Source: an uncultured Nitrospiraceae bacterium
GTDB taxonomy: Bacteria; Nitrospirota; Thermodesulfovibrionia; Thermodesulfovibrionales; SM23-35
Length of the DNA stretch: 64,000 nt
Assembly (NCBI GenBank): GCA_937138415.1
Contig: CAKZPA010000041.1
Coordinates: 1,072-65,071, forward strand
Reading direction: 5' to 3'
Shown here piece after piece: positions 45,763-54,757 of this stretch. The translations under genes were made by a program, and so were the position numbers. Position 1 is the first letter of the stretch, and every line of letters begins with the position of its first letter. The notes under the pieces were generated by a model, which was not told where the DNA came from, did no database searches, and saw only the letters and a list, made by a program, of their open reading frames with translations.

Positions 45763-46860
45763 ATGAACTCGAAAATAACGCTCAGCGTCATCAAGGCCGA
45801 CGTCGGAGGCTACGTGGGCCACTCGTGCATTCATTCGGATCTCCTCGAGATGGCGAAGGAGCGGCTCGGCAAAGCCCGCGAGCAAGACGTGCTCATCGAC
45901 TTTCACGTCGCGCGCTGCGGGGACGACCTCGAACTCATCATGACGCACACGCACGGCCCCGATTCGGAGACGATTCATAAACTCGCATGGAATACGTTCG
46001 TCGCCTGCACCGAAGTCGCGAAGGAACTGAAACTCTACGGCGCGGGGCAGGATCTCCTGAGCGACGCGTTCACGGGAACGGTGAAAGGCATGGGGCCGGG
46101 CGTCGCGGAGATCGAATTCGAAGAGAGGAAGAGCGAACCGGTCATCATCTTCATGGCCGACAAGACCTCGCCGGGCGCGTGGAACCTCCCGCTCTACAAG
46201 ATCTTCGCGGATCCGTTCAACACCGCGGGGCTCGTCATCGACCCCGCGATGCACGAAGGGTTCGTCTTCGAGGTCCTCGATGCGTACGGCCGCAAGAAGA
46301 TCACCTTCTCCTGTCCGGAGGAGATGTACGAACTCCTCATGTTCATCGGTGCGATGAGACGATACATGATCAGGAGCGTCCGGAGGAAAGACGGCACGAT
46401 CGCGGCGGTCGCCTCGACGCAGAAGCTGAGCCTTATCGCGGGCAAGTACATCGGCAAAGACGACCCCGTGTTGATCGTTCGGTGCCAGTCGGGGCTCCCG
46501 GCCGTCGGCGAGGTGCTCGAGCCCTTCGCGTTCGCGCACATCGTCGAGGGATGGATGCGCGGTTCGCATCGCGGTCCGCTCATGCCCGTCGCCTTCTACG
46601 AAGCAAACCCCTCGCGCTTCGACGGTCCGCCGAGGGTCATCGCTGCGGGTTTTCAGATCAGTCACGGGAAATTGATCGGGCCGAGAGATCTCTTCGACGA
46701 TCCCGCATTCGACGAGGCGCGGAGAAAGGCGAACGAGATCGCGAACTACCTGCGGATGCACGGCTCGTTCGAGCCGCACCGCCTCGGGCTGGAAGACCTC
46801 GAGTACACGACGATGGACAAACTCATGAAGAAACTGGAGAGCAGGTTCATCCCCGAATAG
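45763..46860 (+). CDS. fbp: Bifunctional fructose-1,6-bisphosphate aldolase/phosphatase (class V FBPase)
   Basis: ITLSVIKADVGGYVGHS N-terminus. The length of about 365 aa is typical of this family. Confidence 0.9.
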   Translation: MNSKITLSVIKADVGGYVGHSCIHSDLLEMAKERLGKAREQDVLIDFHVARCGDDLELIMTHTHGPDSETIHKLAWNTFVACTEVAKELKLYGAGQDLLSDAFTGTVKGMGPGVAEIEFEERKSEPVIIFMADKTSPGAWNLPLYKIFADPFNTAGLVIDPAMHEGFVFEVLDAYGRKKITFSCPEEMYELLMFIGAMRRYMIRSVRRKDGTIAAVASTQKLSLIAGKYIGKDDPVLIVRCQSGLPAVGEVLEPFAFAHIVEGWMRGSHRGPLMPVAFYEANPSRFDGPPRVIAAGFQISHGKLIGPRDLFDDPAFDEARRKANEIANYLRMHGSFEPHRLGLEDLEYTTMDKLMKKLESRFIPE

Positions 46861-49453
46861 CTTTCGTGACGAACCGTTCTTCGTCTTCGCGGGTCTGGAG
46901 TTTCCCCCGCATCTTCTCGTGGAGCAGCTCCCTGAGAAGGTTCGAATACACGGGGCCCGGGGAGATGCCCATCTTCTTCAGATCCTCGCCGGTCAGGAGC
47001 GGCTTGACGTGCCGCAGTTCGGTGAGGTATCGCGATATCGCCTTCTGTTTCTGCCGGTCGCGGCTGAGCGCCATCGCGAAGAGAATGACCTCGAGCTTCA
47101 GGGGGTGCAGAAGCCGGTAGATATCGGCCGGGTCGCGAAGCGGCAGCTGCTCCACGACGTGGCGTGCGGACGCAATCCCGCGGATGATCGTCTCCTTGAT
47201 GCGCGGCGACGGTGACAATCGCTCCATGGTCGACCTGATATCCTCCTCTTTCAATCCCGACAGGAGCGCCATCAGGTAGAGTATGCCCGTGTCCGGTTTC
47301 TCCTCGAGGAAGAGGAGCTTGAACCACGAGAGGGTTTCGTGCATGGACTTGAGCGTCGCTTCGAGGTCCTCCGTAAAGATGAGATTCGGGCAGATCACCT
47401 TCAGGAGACCGAATTCGGAGACACGTTTGAGCGTCCTGATCGGGTCGGTCTCTTCGAACAGCAGGAGCAATTCTTCGTAGAGCCGCGGGCCCGACAGCTT
47501 GTCGAAGAGGTTCATTTCGATCGTGGACTTGATGAGATTTTCCGTGTGCTTGCTGATCTTGAACCCGAACCGCTCCGAAAATCTCACGGCCCTGAACGCG
47601 CGCGTCGGGTCCTCGACGAAGCTGAGATTGTGGAGCACCCTGATCGTTTTCTCCCTGAGATCCCGCTGGCCGCCGAAAAAATCGATGAGGACTCCGAAAT
47701 CGTTCGGGTTCAACTTCACTGCGAGCGTGTTGATCGTGAAGTCCCTCCGATACAAATCCTTCTTGATCGACGAGGTCTCCACCTTGGGGAGCGCCGCCGG
47801 AGATTCATAGTACTCCGTGCGCGCAGTCGCGACATCGAGTTTGAACGAACCGTGAAAGATTTGGGCGGTGCCGAACTTCTGGTGCGTCCTGACCTTCGCC
47901 CCGAGCTGTTCCCCCATCGTCCGCGCGAAGAGGATTCCGTCCCCTTCGATCACGATGTCCAGATCGAGATTCTCCTCGCCGCGGAGGAGATCCCGAACGG
48001 AACCGCCGACGAGATACGCCTGAAATCCGAGCGACTCGGCAACCTCGCCGGACCGCTTGAGGAGAGTGAAAATCTCGGGCGGAAACTTTTCCCTGAGCCA
48101 TGATGAGAGGTTCCTGCCGGCCGTCAGCCGTTCCCTGCTCACCGTCTCCTCGATCTTCCGGCGGCGCAGGAATTCCTCGTAGAGCGTGCGGAGGAGATCC
48201 GTCCGCGTGATCGCGCCGATGATCGTATCCTGCTCGACGACCGGCATGAACCGCTGGTTCTGCTCGATCATGAGCGTTTCGATCTCCCGTATCGGCGTGA
48301 GCGGGCCGACCGTGATCGCATCGGCAGTCGCGAAATCGATAGCCTTGCTCTTCCCGAACCCGAGGAACAGCGCCTTCTCGACGATCTCGCGCGAGAGGAG
48401 GCCGACGTACGCCTGGCCACGTAACACGGGAAGGACGTTCACCCCGTACCGCGTCATCATCGTCTCCGCCTCTTTGATCGGCATGTCCCACTGGATGCTG
48501 ATCACCGGCTTCGTCATGATATCGGAGGCAACCTTCGCCGGCTTCACGCTCGTCCGAATGAGTTCCAAAAGACGGTCCTCGACGAGTTCGAGAGACTCTC
48601 CCTTGATGGTGGCGGCGGCCGCGGTCGGATGACCGCCTCCCCCGAATTCCCTCATGACGCGCGCGACGTCGAACTCCGGCACCTTGCTCCGCGCGACGAG
48701 GAGGATTTTCCCCTCCATGCTCAAAAGGATGATCACCGCGTCGACGTCCTCCATGTCGATCATCCTGTGCGCGAGGTGCGCGGCGTCGCCGACGTAGCGC
48801 TCGTGCGATGCTTTCGCGACCTTGATCCGAACGCCACCGATCACCATTTCCTTCGACGCCTGGACGAGTTCGTTGAGCAGGTCGAACTCCTCCATGCTCA
48901 ACTCCATCTTGACGAAGCTCGAGACGATATTGAGATTCGCGCCCCTCTTCAGGAGGTACGCGGCCGCCATCAGATCCCTCTCGGTCGTTGACGGGAAGAG
49001 GAGGCATCCCGTCTCTTCGTAGATGCCCAGAGCGAGGATCGTCGCCTCCATCGGCGAGGGGTGGAGTTTCCTGTTCTTCAGGATCTCGGTGAATATCGTC
49101 GCGGTCGCGCCGACCGCCTCGATCTTCTCGAGCTCACCGCGGATATCCCCTTTCTGAAAGGGATGGTGGTCGTAAATGTGAATTCGAACGTGTTTGGAGC
49201 TCAGCAACTCAGCGAGGGGACCGATCCGATCGGGTATCTTCGTATCGACGATGATCAGTCGAGTCACCTTCGCGAGATCGATCTCCTTGACGCGCTTCGG
49301 TTCCACCGGACGGAACGCTTCGATAAAATCCCTGACCTTCTTCTCCTGGGAACCGGGGAAGACGATCGCCGCCTCCGGATACAGCTTTTTCGCAGCGACC
49401 ATGGATGCGAGCGAATCGAAATCGGCATTCAAGTGAGACGTGATGATATCCAC
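46847..49453 (-). CDS. DHH/DHHA1 - tandem CBS - tRNA nucleotidyltransferase (CCA- or A-adding / poly(A) polymerase family) fusion protein
   Basis: N-terminal HLNADFDSLAS with a DHH motif (IYDHHP). A CBS pair follows. The class II NTase motif is GGSVRDLLRGEENLDLDIVIEGD. Confidence 0.8.
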   Translation of the reverse strand: MDIITSHLNADFDSLASMVAAKKLYPEAAIVFPGSQEKKVRDFIEAFRPVEPKRVKEIDLAKVTRLIIVDTKIPDRIGPLAELLSSKHVRIHIYDHHPFQKGDIRGELEKIEAVGATATIFTEILKNRKLHPSPMEATILALGIYEETGCLLFPSTTERDLMAAAYLLKRGANLNIVSSFVKMELSMEEFDLLNELVQASKEMVIGGVRIKVAKASHERYVGDAAHLAHRMIDMEDVDAVIILLSMEGKILLVARSKVPEFDVARVMREFGGGGHPTAAAATIKGESLELVEDRLLELIRTSVKPAKVASDIMTKPVISIQWDMPIKEAETMMTRYGVNVLPVLRGQAYVGLLSREIVEKALFLGFGKSKAIDFATADAITVGPLTPIREIETLMIEQNQRFMPVVEQDTIIGAITRTDLLRTLYEEFLRRRKIEETVSRERLTAGRNLSSWLREKFPPEIFTLLKRSGEVAESLGFQAYLVGGSVRDLLRGEENLDLDIVIEGDGILFARTMGEQLGAKVRTHQKFGTAQIFHGSFKLDVATARTEYYESPAALPKVETSSIKKDLYRRDFTINTLAVKLNPNDFGVLIDFFGGQRDLREKTIRVLHNLSFVEDPTRAFRAVRFSERFGFKISKHTENLIKSTIEMNLFDKLSGPRLYEELLLLFEETDPIRTLKRVSEFGLLKVICPNLIFTEDLEATLKSMHETLSWFKLLFLEEKPDTGILYLMALLSGLKEEDIRSTMERLSPSPRIKETIIRGIASARHVVEQLPLRDPADIYRLLHPLKLEVILFAMALSRDRQKQKAISRYLTELRHVKPLLTGEDLKKMGISPGPVYSNLLRELLHEKMRGKLQTREDEERFVTKAIRG

Positions 49454-49490
49454 ACCTTCATTGTACCAGATGCGGCGAGAGAGGACGTGC

Positions 49491-50897
49491 CTACGCGGAA
49501 GAACGAACGACGATCTGGTCGCGACCTTTTCGCTTCGCGGCGTACAGGGCGTTATCCGCCAGACTGATGAGATCGTCGAAATGTTTTATCTTCTCGTCGG
49601 GGAACCCCGATATCCCGAAACTGGCGGTAATCGTGTGGCCTTTTCCCAGGTGCGGGAATTGCGTCGACGTGATCATCTTCCGGAGACGTCGGGCCTCGAC
49701 GATGGCTCCGTCGAGGGGAGTCTGCGGGAGAAGCAGGATGAACTCTTCACCGCCGTAGCGGGCGAAGAGGTCCGATTTCCTCGTATGCCGCTTCACGAGC
49801 TGCGCGAAATCCCTGAGAACGCAGTCGCCGACCCTATGCCCGTAGGTATCGTTGACCTTCTTGAAGTAATCGATGTCCATCATGACGCAGCTCAGGGGCA
49901 GGTGGTATCGCTCGGCACGATTGAATTCCTCTTCGAGCCGAGAGTAGAAGTACCGTATGTTGTAGACCCCCGTCAGATAGTCCGTGACCGAAAGCTTCTC
50001 GAGGTTCCCCCTCTCCCGGTCGAGCTTCTGAAAAAGGAACGCGTTGTAGAGGGCGTTCGACGCTGCATTCGCGAGCGCCACGCAAAAGTCCACCTCGCGT
50101 TTCGAAAAGGAGTGGTGGACGCGCGACATCCGCAGGACCATCGTCCCGATGACTTCCTCCCTGAAGAATATCGGGATCACGAGAATCGACTTGATGCCGA
50201 GGGGCGCAATGAGTTCTCTCACGCCTTTCATGATCGGATTCTTCTGGGCGTCCTGGATGATCACGGGCTTCTTGCTCGAGAGCGCCGCGGAGATCTCCGG
50301 GTACTTCCTGAGGTCGAGACGCAAATTCGTGAGGGTAGGATCCTCGAACGTCGCGAGGACCCGCGCAAACCTTTTCTCTTCGAGATTGACGCTGATCATG
50401 GAGCATCTCGTGGCGTGGAGCACCTCCGAAATCTTTTTCACGACGAGGTAGAGCACCTCTTTCGGGTTGAGCGTCGAAGAAGCGAGGTAGGTGAGTTCCA
50501 GGAGCGTCTCGAGGTCCTTCTTGTCCCGATAGAGGTTCTCGATGACGCTGCTCCTGTAAATGAGGGTTTTGAGTTTGTGATCGAGTTCTTCCTCGTAAAA
50601 CGGCATCACGAGATAGCAGTCGACGTTGGACTTGATCGCGGCGTGAATCCCTTTCGTCTGATCTCCGGAGATGATGGCGATCACGGGACAGGAGATACGC
50701 AATCCCTGCAGCTGGGTCAGGATATCGGGGCTGTTGACCATGAAGACCGACGGTTTTTTCTGCTCGATCTCCTCTCCGAGCGAGCGCTTGCCCTCACCGA
50801 AAAAATGGACCGTGTAGTACCGCCGGCGACGGAAGAACGACTTGAGGAACCGGATGACCGATTCGTCCTTTTCATATACGAGAACCGTCTTTTCCAC
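49491..50897 (-). CDS. Diguanylate cyclase: degenerate receiver - GAF - GGDEF
   Basis: GGEEF active site with RKSD (RxxD I-site) five residues upstream. A GAF block is present. The receiver-like N-terminus probably starts at GTG 50897 (MEKTVLVYEKDE); the track start at 50978 is an extension. Confidence 0.85.
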   Translation of the reverse strand: MEKTVLVYEKDESVIRFLKSFFRRRRYYTVHFFGEGKRSLGEEIEQKKPSVFMVNSPDILTQLQGLRISCPVIAIISGDQTKGIHAAIKSNVDCYLVMPFYEEELDHKLKTLIYRSSVIENLYRDKKDLETLLELTYLASSTLNPKEVLYLVVKKISEVLHATRCSMISVNLEEKRFARVLATFEDPTLTNLRLDLRKYPEISAALSSKKPVIIQDAQKNPIMKGVRELIAPLGIKSILVIPIFFREEVIGTMVLRMSRVHHSFSKREVDFCVALANAASNALYNAFLFQKLDRERGNLEKLSVTDYLTGVYNIRYFYSRLEEEFNRAERYHLPLSCVMMDIDYFKKVNDTYGHRVGDCVLRDFAQLVKRHTRKSDLFARYGGEEFILLLPQTPLDGAIVEARRLRKMITSTQFPHLGKGHTITASFGISGFPDEKIKHFDDLISLADNALYAAKRKGRDQIVVRSSA

Positions 50898-51133
50898 GGA
50901 AAGAATATAACAAAAAAATGAAAAAAAACCAAATCCTTTTTTTTTCGGCAACGTCACGAAACTACAATGACAAGACATCGTGGCATCGCTCCTCGCCGGG
51001 CTTCGGCCCGCGGGAAATGCTGCCCTGAGGCATCCGCATGATAAGACTATGGGAAGGATACGTTTTCTCTAACACGCGCGGGAAGCACGAACGACGGGAC
51101 AGAGGAGAAATCCGCAGCCGGAAACGACGGGTA

Positions 51134-52846
51134 CTATTTCCGAAGTTTCTTGCGGAGCGACCGTAGGTCGAGCGTATTCAGAACATCGCCCTTTTCGACC
51201 CATCCCCGTCTCGCGATCGCAACGCCGTATTCCATGTACTCGAATTGGTGCGTGACGTGCGTATCGGTACTGATGACGAGCCTCACGCCCATCTCCCTGG
51301 CCGCCCGGGCGTGCGCGTCGTTCAGATCGAGTCTGAGCGGGTAGGCATTTATCTCGATCGCCGTTCCCGTCTCCGCAGCTACGTTGAGCAGTTCCTGCAT
51401 ATCCACCTCGTACGGGTCCCGCTCCCCGATGAGCCTCCCTGTCGGGTGCGCGATGATCGACACGTGGGGATTCCTCATCGCTGCGACGAGCCTCCTCGTC
51501 ATCTGCTCCTTCGACTGCTTGAAACCGGAATGGATCGATGCGATCACGATATCCATCTCCCCGAGAATCCTATCGTCGAAATCCATGCTCCCGTCGCCGC
51601 GTATGTCAACCTCGACTCCGGCAAGGAGCTGGAACCCCTTCAATTTCTTGTTCAGGGCTGCAATCTCCCTCTTCTCCTCGAGGAGTTTCTCCTCGCTGAG
51701 GCCGCGCGCTATCCCGAGCCCTTTCGAATGGTCCGTGATGGCGAGATAGCGGTACCCCCTTTTCCTCGCCTCCGCGACGAGTTCTTCGAGATCGTGGCTC
51801 CCGTCGCTCCGCTTCGTGTGGACGTGAAGATCCCCCTTAATGTCGGAAAGTTCGATGAGGCGGGGTAACGTTCCCGAGAGGGCTGCCTCAACTTCCCCCG
51901 TATCTTCCCGCAGTTCCGGCGGTATGAACGGCAGGCCGAGCAGTCTGTAGACATCCTCTTCTTTTTCGCCGCCCAGTTTCTTCTCGTCCTTCTCCCGAAA
52001 GATGCCGTATTCGTTGATCTTGAGCCCGGCCTTCACCGCCATTTCCCTGAGGCGGATGTTGTGCGACTTGCTGCCGGTGAAGTACGCGAGTGCGGCACCG
52101 AAACTCTCTTCCTCGACGACACGGAGGTCAACCTGGATCCCCGTGTGGAGAATGACGCTCGATTTCGTCGGCCCCTGCATGAGAATGTCGCGAACCTGCG
52201 GGAGGCGCGCGAACGCGTGCATCACCCCTTTCGGATCGCGAGACGTCGCGAGAATGTCGATATCTTTCACCGTTTCCTTCCAACGCCGCAGGCTCCCGGC
52301 GATCTCGATCCGATTCACCGGCGCCTTTGCCTGCATCTGATCCACGATCTCCTTCGCGACGGGCAGCACTTTTCCGAGCGGTTGCCTCTCCTTACCCCGC
52401 TTGAGCATCTCGAGCCCCTTGATGATGTTCTCCTCCGTCTTATCCTTGATGCCGGGCAGCGTGACGAGCTTGTGCTCCTTCGCCATGCGTTCGAGGTCCC
52501 GAAGGTCCGTGACGTGCAACTGCTCGAAGAGGAGCTTTGCGGTCTTTGGACCGAGGCCCGGCACCGAGAGCAGGAGGCTGAGCCCTTCGGGCACCTCCTT
52601 TCTGAGGTCTTCATACGCCTGGATTTTGCCGCTCCCGCAAAACTCGAGAATTTTCGCCGCAAGATCGCGCCCGATGCCCGGGATCTTCAGCAGATCATCT
52701 TCGGAAGCGGCAGCGACGTCCGTGGAGAGATTCTCGATATTGAGGGCAGCCCGCCGATATGCACGGATTCTGAACGGATTCTCCCCCTTAATTTCAAGAA
52801 GATCCGCCATATCAGAAAAAATTCGCGCAATCTCCTGGTTCTTCAT
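51134..52846 (-). CDS. polX: DNA polymerase X with a C-terminal PHP phosphoesterase domain
   Basis: The start at ATG 52846 gives MKNQEIARIFSDMADLLEIKGENPFRIRAYRRAA. Also GSLRRWKETVKDIDIL and PHP motif DLHVHTKRSDG. Confidence 0.9.
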   Translation of the reverse strand: MKNQEIARIFSDMADLLEIKGENPFRIRAYRRAALNIENLSTDVAAASEDDLLKIPGIGRDLAAKILEFCGSGKIQAYEDLRKEVPEGLSLLLSVPGLGPKTAKLLFEQLHVTDLRDLERMAKEHKLVTLPGIKDKTEENIIKGLEMLKRGKERQPLGKVLPVAKEIVDQMQAKAPVNRIEIAGSLRRWKETVKDIDILATSRDPKGVMHAFARLPQVRDILMQGPTKSSVILHTGIQVDLRVVEEESFGAALAYFTGSKSHNIRLREMAVKAGLKINEYGIFREKDEKKLGGEKEEDVYRLLGLPFIPPELREDTGEVEAALSGTLPRLIELSDIKGDLHVHTKRSDGSHDLEELVAEARKRGYRYLAITDHSKGLGIARGLSEEKLLEEKREIAALNKKLKGFQLLAGVEVDIRGDGSMDFDDRILGEMDIVIASIHSGFKQSKEQMTRRLVAAMRNPHVSIIAHPTGRLIGERDPYEVDMQELLNVAAETGTAIEINAYPLRLDLNDAHARAAREMGVRLVISTDTHVTHQFEYMEYGVAIARRGWVEKGDVLNTLDLRSLRKKLRK

Positions 52847-52852
52847 ACAAAA

Positions 52853-52861
52853 AGTATAGCA
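52853..52861 (-). promoter_or_regulatory. Extended -10 element 6 nt upstream of the polX ATG
   Basis: Minus strand reads TGcTATACT, then 6 nt, then ATG 52846. No SD. Confidence 0.35.
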
Positions 52862-53044
52862 AAAAAGCGCTCTTGCGGCGATAAGTAGCTCGCGTTCGCC
52901 CAGATCGGAGAAAGGGAAGGAAAGACGGCGAGAGGGAACAAGCGATGGAGGGATTCGGGGAAAAACCGGCGGGACCGACAAATACGTCCGTTTCCCCATT
53001 CATCGGGCTCTTGAAATCGATACCGAAATTGATAAAATAGAATT

Positions 53045-53325
53045 AACTGAAAGACAGACATGCGAGACCCAGAACGGCTTAAACCTGAGGATCGAGCAAA
53101 TATTATGGGACGCGGGAGTGGGATGCGGTGAGCAGGCCTTCAGAAGCGAGAAGGAAGCCTAAAGCATCTCCCGAAGCATCCAAGCTGTAAAAGAGCTCAC
53201 GGTTTCCGTTTCTGGGATCGCATTCAAAGTATTCGGGAGCCCCGTAAGGGCAAGGAAGAGACGGTGAGCTGCGATCGCCGTCCGAAGAAGTGCAAAGACC
53301 CTTGCGGGGCTCTTTTTAGTTTTTC
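53045..53325 (+). ncRNA. Candidate orphan small RNA, class unknown
   Basis: Promoter: TTGAAA (53011-53016), 16 nt, TGaTAAAAT (53030-53038). No plus-strand ORF of at least 60 aa, and no SD-led ORF seen. Internal helices: 53068-53077 with 53206-53216, and 53216-53222 with 53270-53276. A terminator-like hairpin at 53295-53312 is followed by CUUUUUAGUUUUU. Confidence 0.35.
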
Positions 53326-53426
53326 GACGGAGCGTTCGCCGCTATCCCGAAACGGGCAGGTCAAAAGTGCGGATGCCGCATTGGACGTGTCAGATCATCC
53401 GCGAGGAATCGCGTCTCCTTTTTTGC

Positions 53427-54719
53427 TTAATGTTTGAATGCCCTCTGCCCCGTGAACACCATCGTGACTTTCGGGTTCGCTTCGTTACAGGCGATGATCG
53501 ACTCGAAATCCCTCTCGGATCCGCCCGGATGGACGATCGCCGTGACGCCTTCTCTGATCCCGACGTCGACGCCGTCACGGAAGGGGAAAAAAGCGTCGGA
53601 CACCATGACCGATCCGATGAGCCCGCCTCTCTCCGCCTTCGTTTCGTCGTCTATCTCGGTCAGATCGCGTCGGCTCCGCCTGCCGTTGCGGACCTCGAGC
53701 TCGAATTCCTTGTAGCCGATGCCGTATTTCCTGTAGCAGAGCGCATCAGCGTATTTCGTGTACGCCTTGAAAACCGCAATCTCGGCAACGCCGACCCTGT
53801 CCTGTTCCCCGGTCCCGATGCCGACGGTTACGCCGTCCTTCACGTACAGGACAGAATTCGAGGTGACGCCCTGTTCGATGAACCACCCGAAGAGCATATC
53901 CTCGTACTCGCGGTCGGTCGGCTGCCTTTCGATACTATATTCTTTCCCCTGATACGTTGCCCTCGCGGGCAAAAAATCTTCTTTTGACTGTATCCTGTTG
54001 AGCGGCGACTGCTGCACGATGATGCCACCGTCCATGAGAGACTTGAAATCCACGAATCGCAGAGTTCGATATCGCGCTAACTGGTCTATCCTGCTTATCC
54101 GCACGATCCTCAGGTTCTTCCTCTTCGCGAGCACCGAGACCGTCCCCTCTTCGAAATCGGGGGCGGCAACGACTTCGAGATAGTTCCTGCTTACCATCTC
54201 CGCCGTCTCCTTGTCCATAGGTCTGTTGAGGACGAGGCACCCGCCGAAGGCCGCGATTCTGTCGGCCATATTCGCTTTCTCGTAAGCCTCCGCGAGCGTC
54301 GTTCCATACGCCGCCCCGCACGGATTGTTGTGTTTCAGGATGATTGCAGCGGGTCTCTCCATAAGATATCTCATGATGTTGAGCCCGTTGTCGAGATCCG
54401 TGAGGTTGATCTTGCCCGGATGCTTGCCCGCCTGGATCATGTCTTCTTCCGATATGCTGCTCACCAGTCCGTTTCCGGGCTCGATGAACTGGCAGGCGCC
54501 GAGAACGAGATTCCCGTTCACGAGTTCGTAGAGTGCCGCTTCCTGCTCGGGATTCTCCCCGTACCGAAGCCCTTTTTCGATCAGCTCCCCCGTCTTTTCG
54601 TCCGGTATCTTCCACGTCCTCTTGCGGTAGAAGAGCGTCTGATCGCCGAATTTCACGATCACCTCGCCGGGGAAATGATCCTCCATGATCGTGCGGTACA
54701 TCTTTTTTATATCCCGCAT
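53427..54719 (-). CDS. purH: AICAR transformylase-domain protein (PurH lacking the MGS-like IMP cyclohydrolase domain)
   Basis: LRYGENPEQ and the AICARFT-type core extend to the C-terminal HPGGSERD. The 430-aa product has no N-terminal MGS domain. Confidence 0.8.
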   Translation of the reverse strand: MRDIKKMYRTIMEDHFPGEVIVKFGDQTLFYRKRTWKIPDEKTGELIEKGLRYGENPEQEAALYELVNGNLVLGACQFIEPGNGLVSSISEEDMIQAGKHPGKINLTDLDNGLNIMRYLMERPAAIILKHNNPCGAAYGTTLAEAYEKANMADRIAAFGGCLVLNRPMDKETAEMVSRNYLEVVAAPDFEEGTVSVLAKRKNLRIVRISRIDQLARYRTLRFVDFKSLMDGGIIVQQSPLNRIQSKEDFLPARATYQGKEYSIERQPTDREYEDMLFGWFIEQGVTSNSVLYVKDGVTVGIGTGEQDRVGVAEIAVFKAYTKYADALCYRKYGIGYKEFELEVRNGRRSRRDLTEIDDETKAERGGLIGSVMVSDAFFPFRDGVDVGIREGVTAIVHPGGSERDFESIIACNEANPKVTMVFTGQRAFKH

Positions 54720-54757
54720 ACCCCCTCCTTTACGCCATGAAGACCCGCTCTGCGCGG

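Noticed and set aside
53100-53300. Assigning the orphan RNA to a known class. Candidates were SRP (GAAGGAAGCC), THF-I riboswitch (UGGGAUG, GAAGCGAGA, GCAUCC), glycine riboswitch (CGGGAG..CCGAAG twice) and 6S.
   Set aside because: Only short motif fragments match. The required helices (a GNRA-capped SRP helix 8, the THF P3/pseudoknot layout, glycine P1-P3a) cannot be drawn. No downstream plus-strand gene exists for a riboswitch to control.
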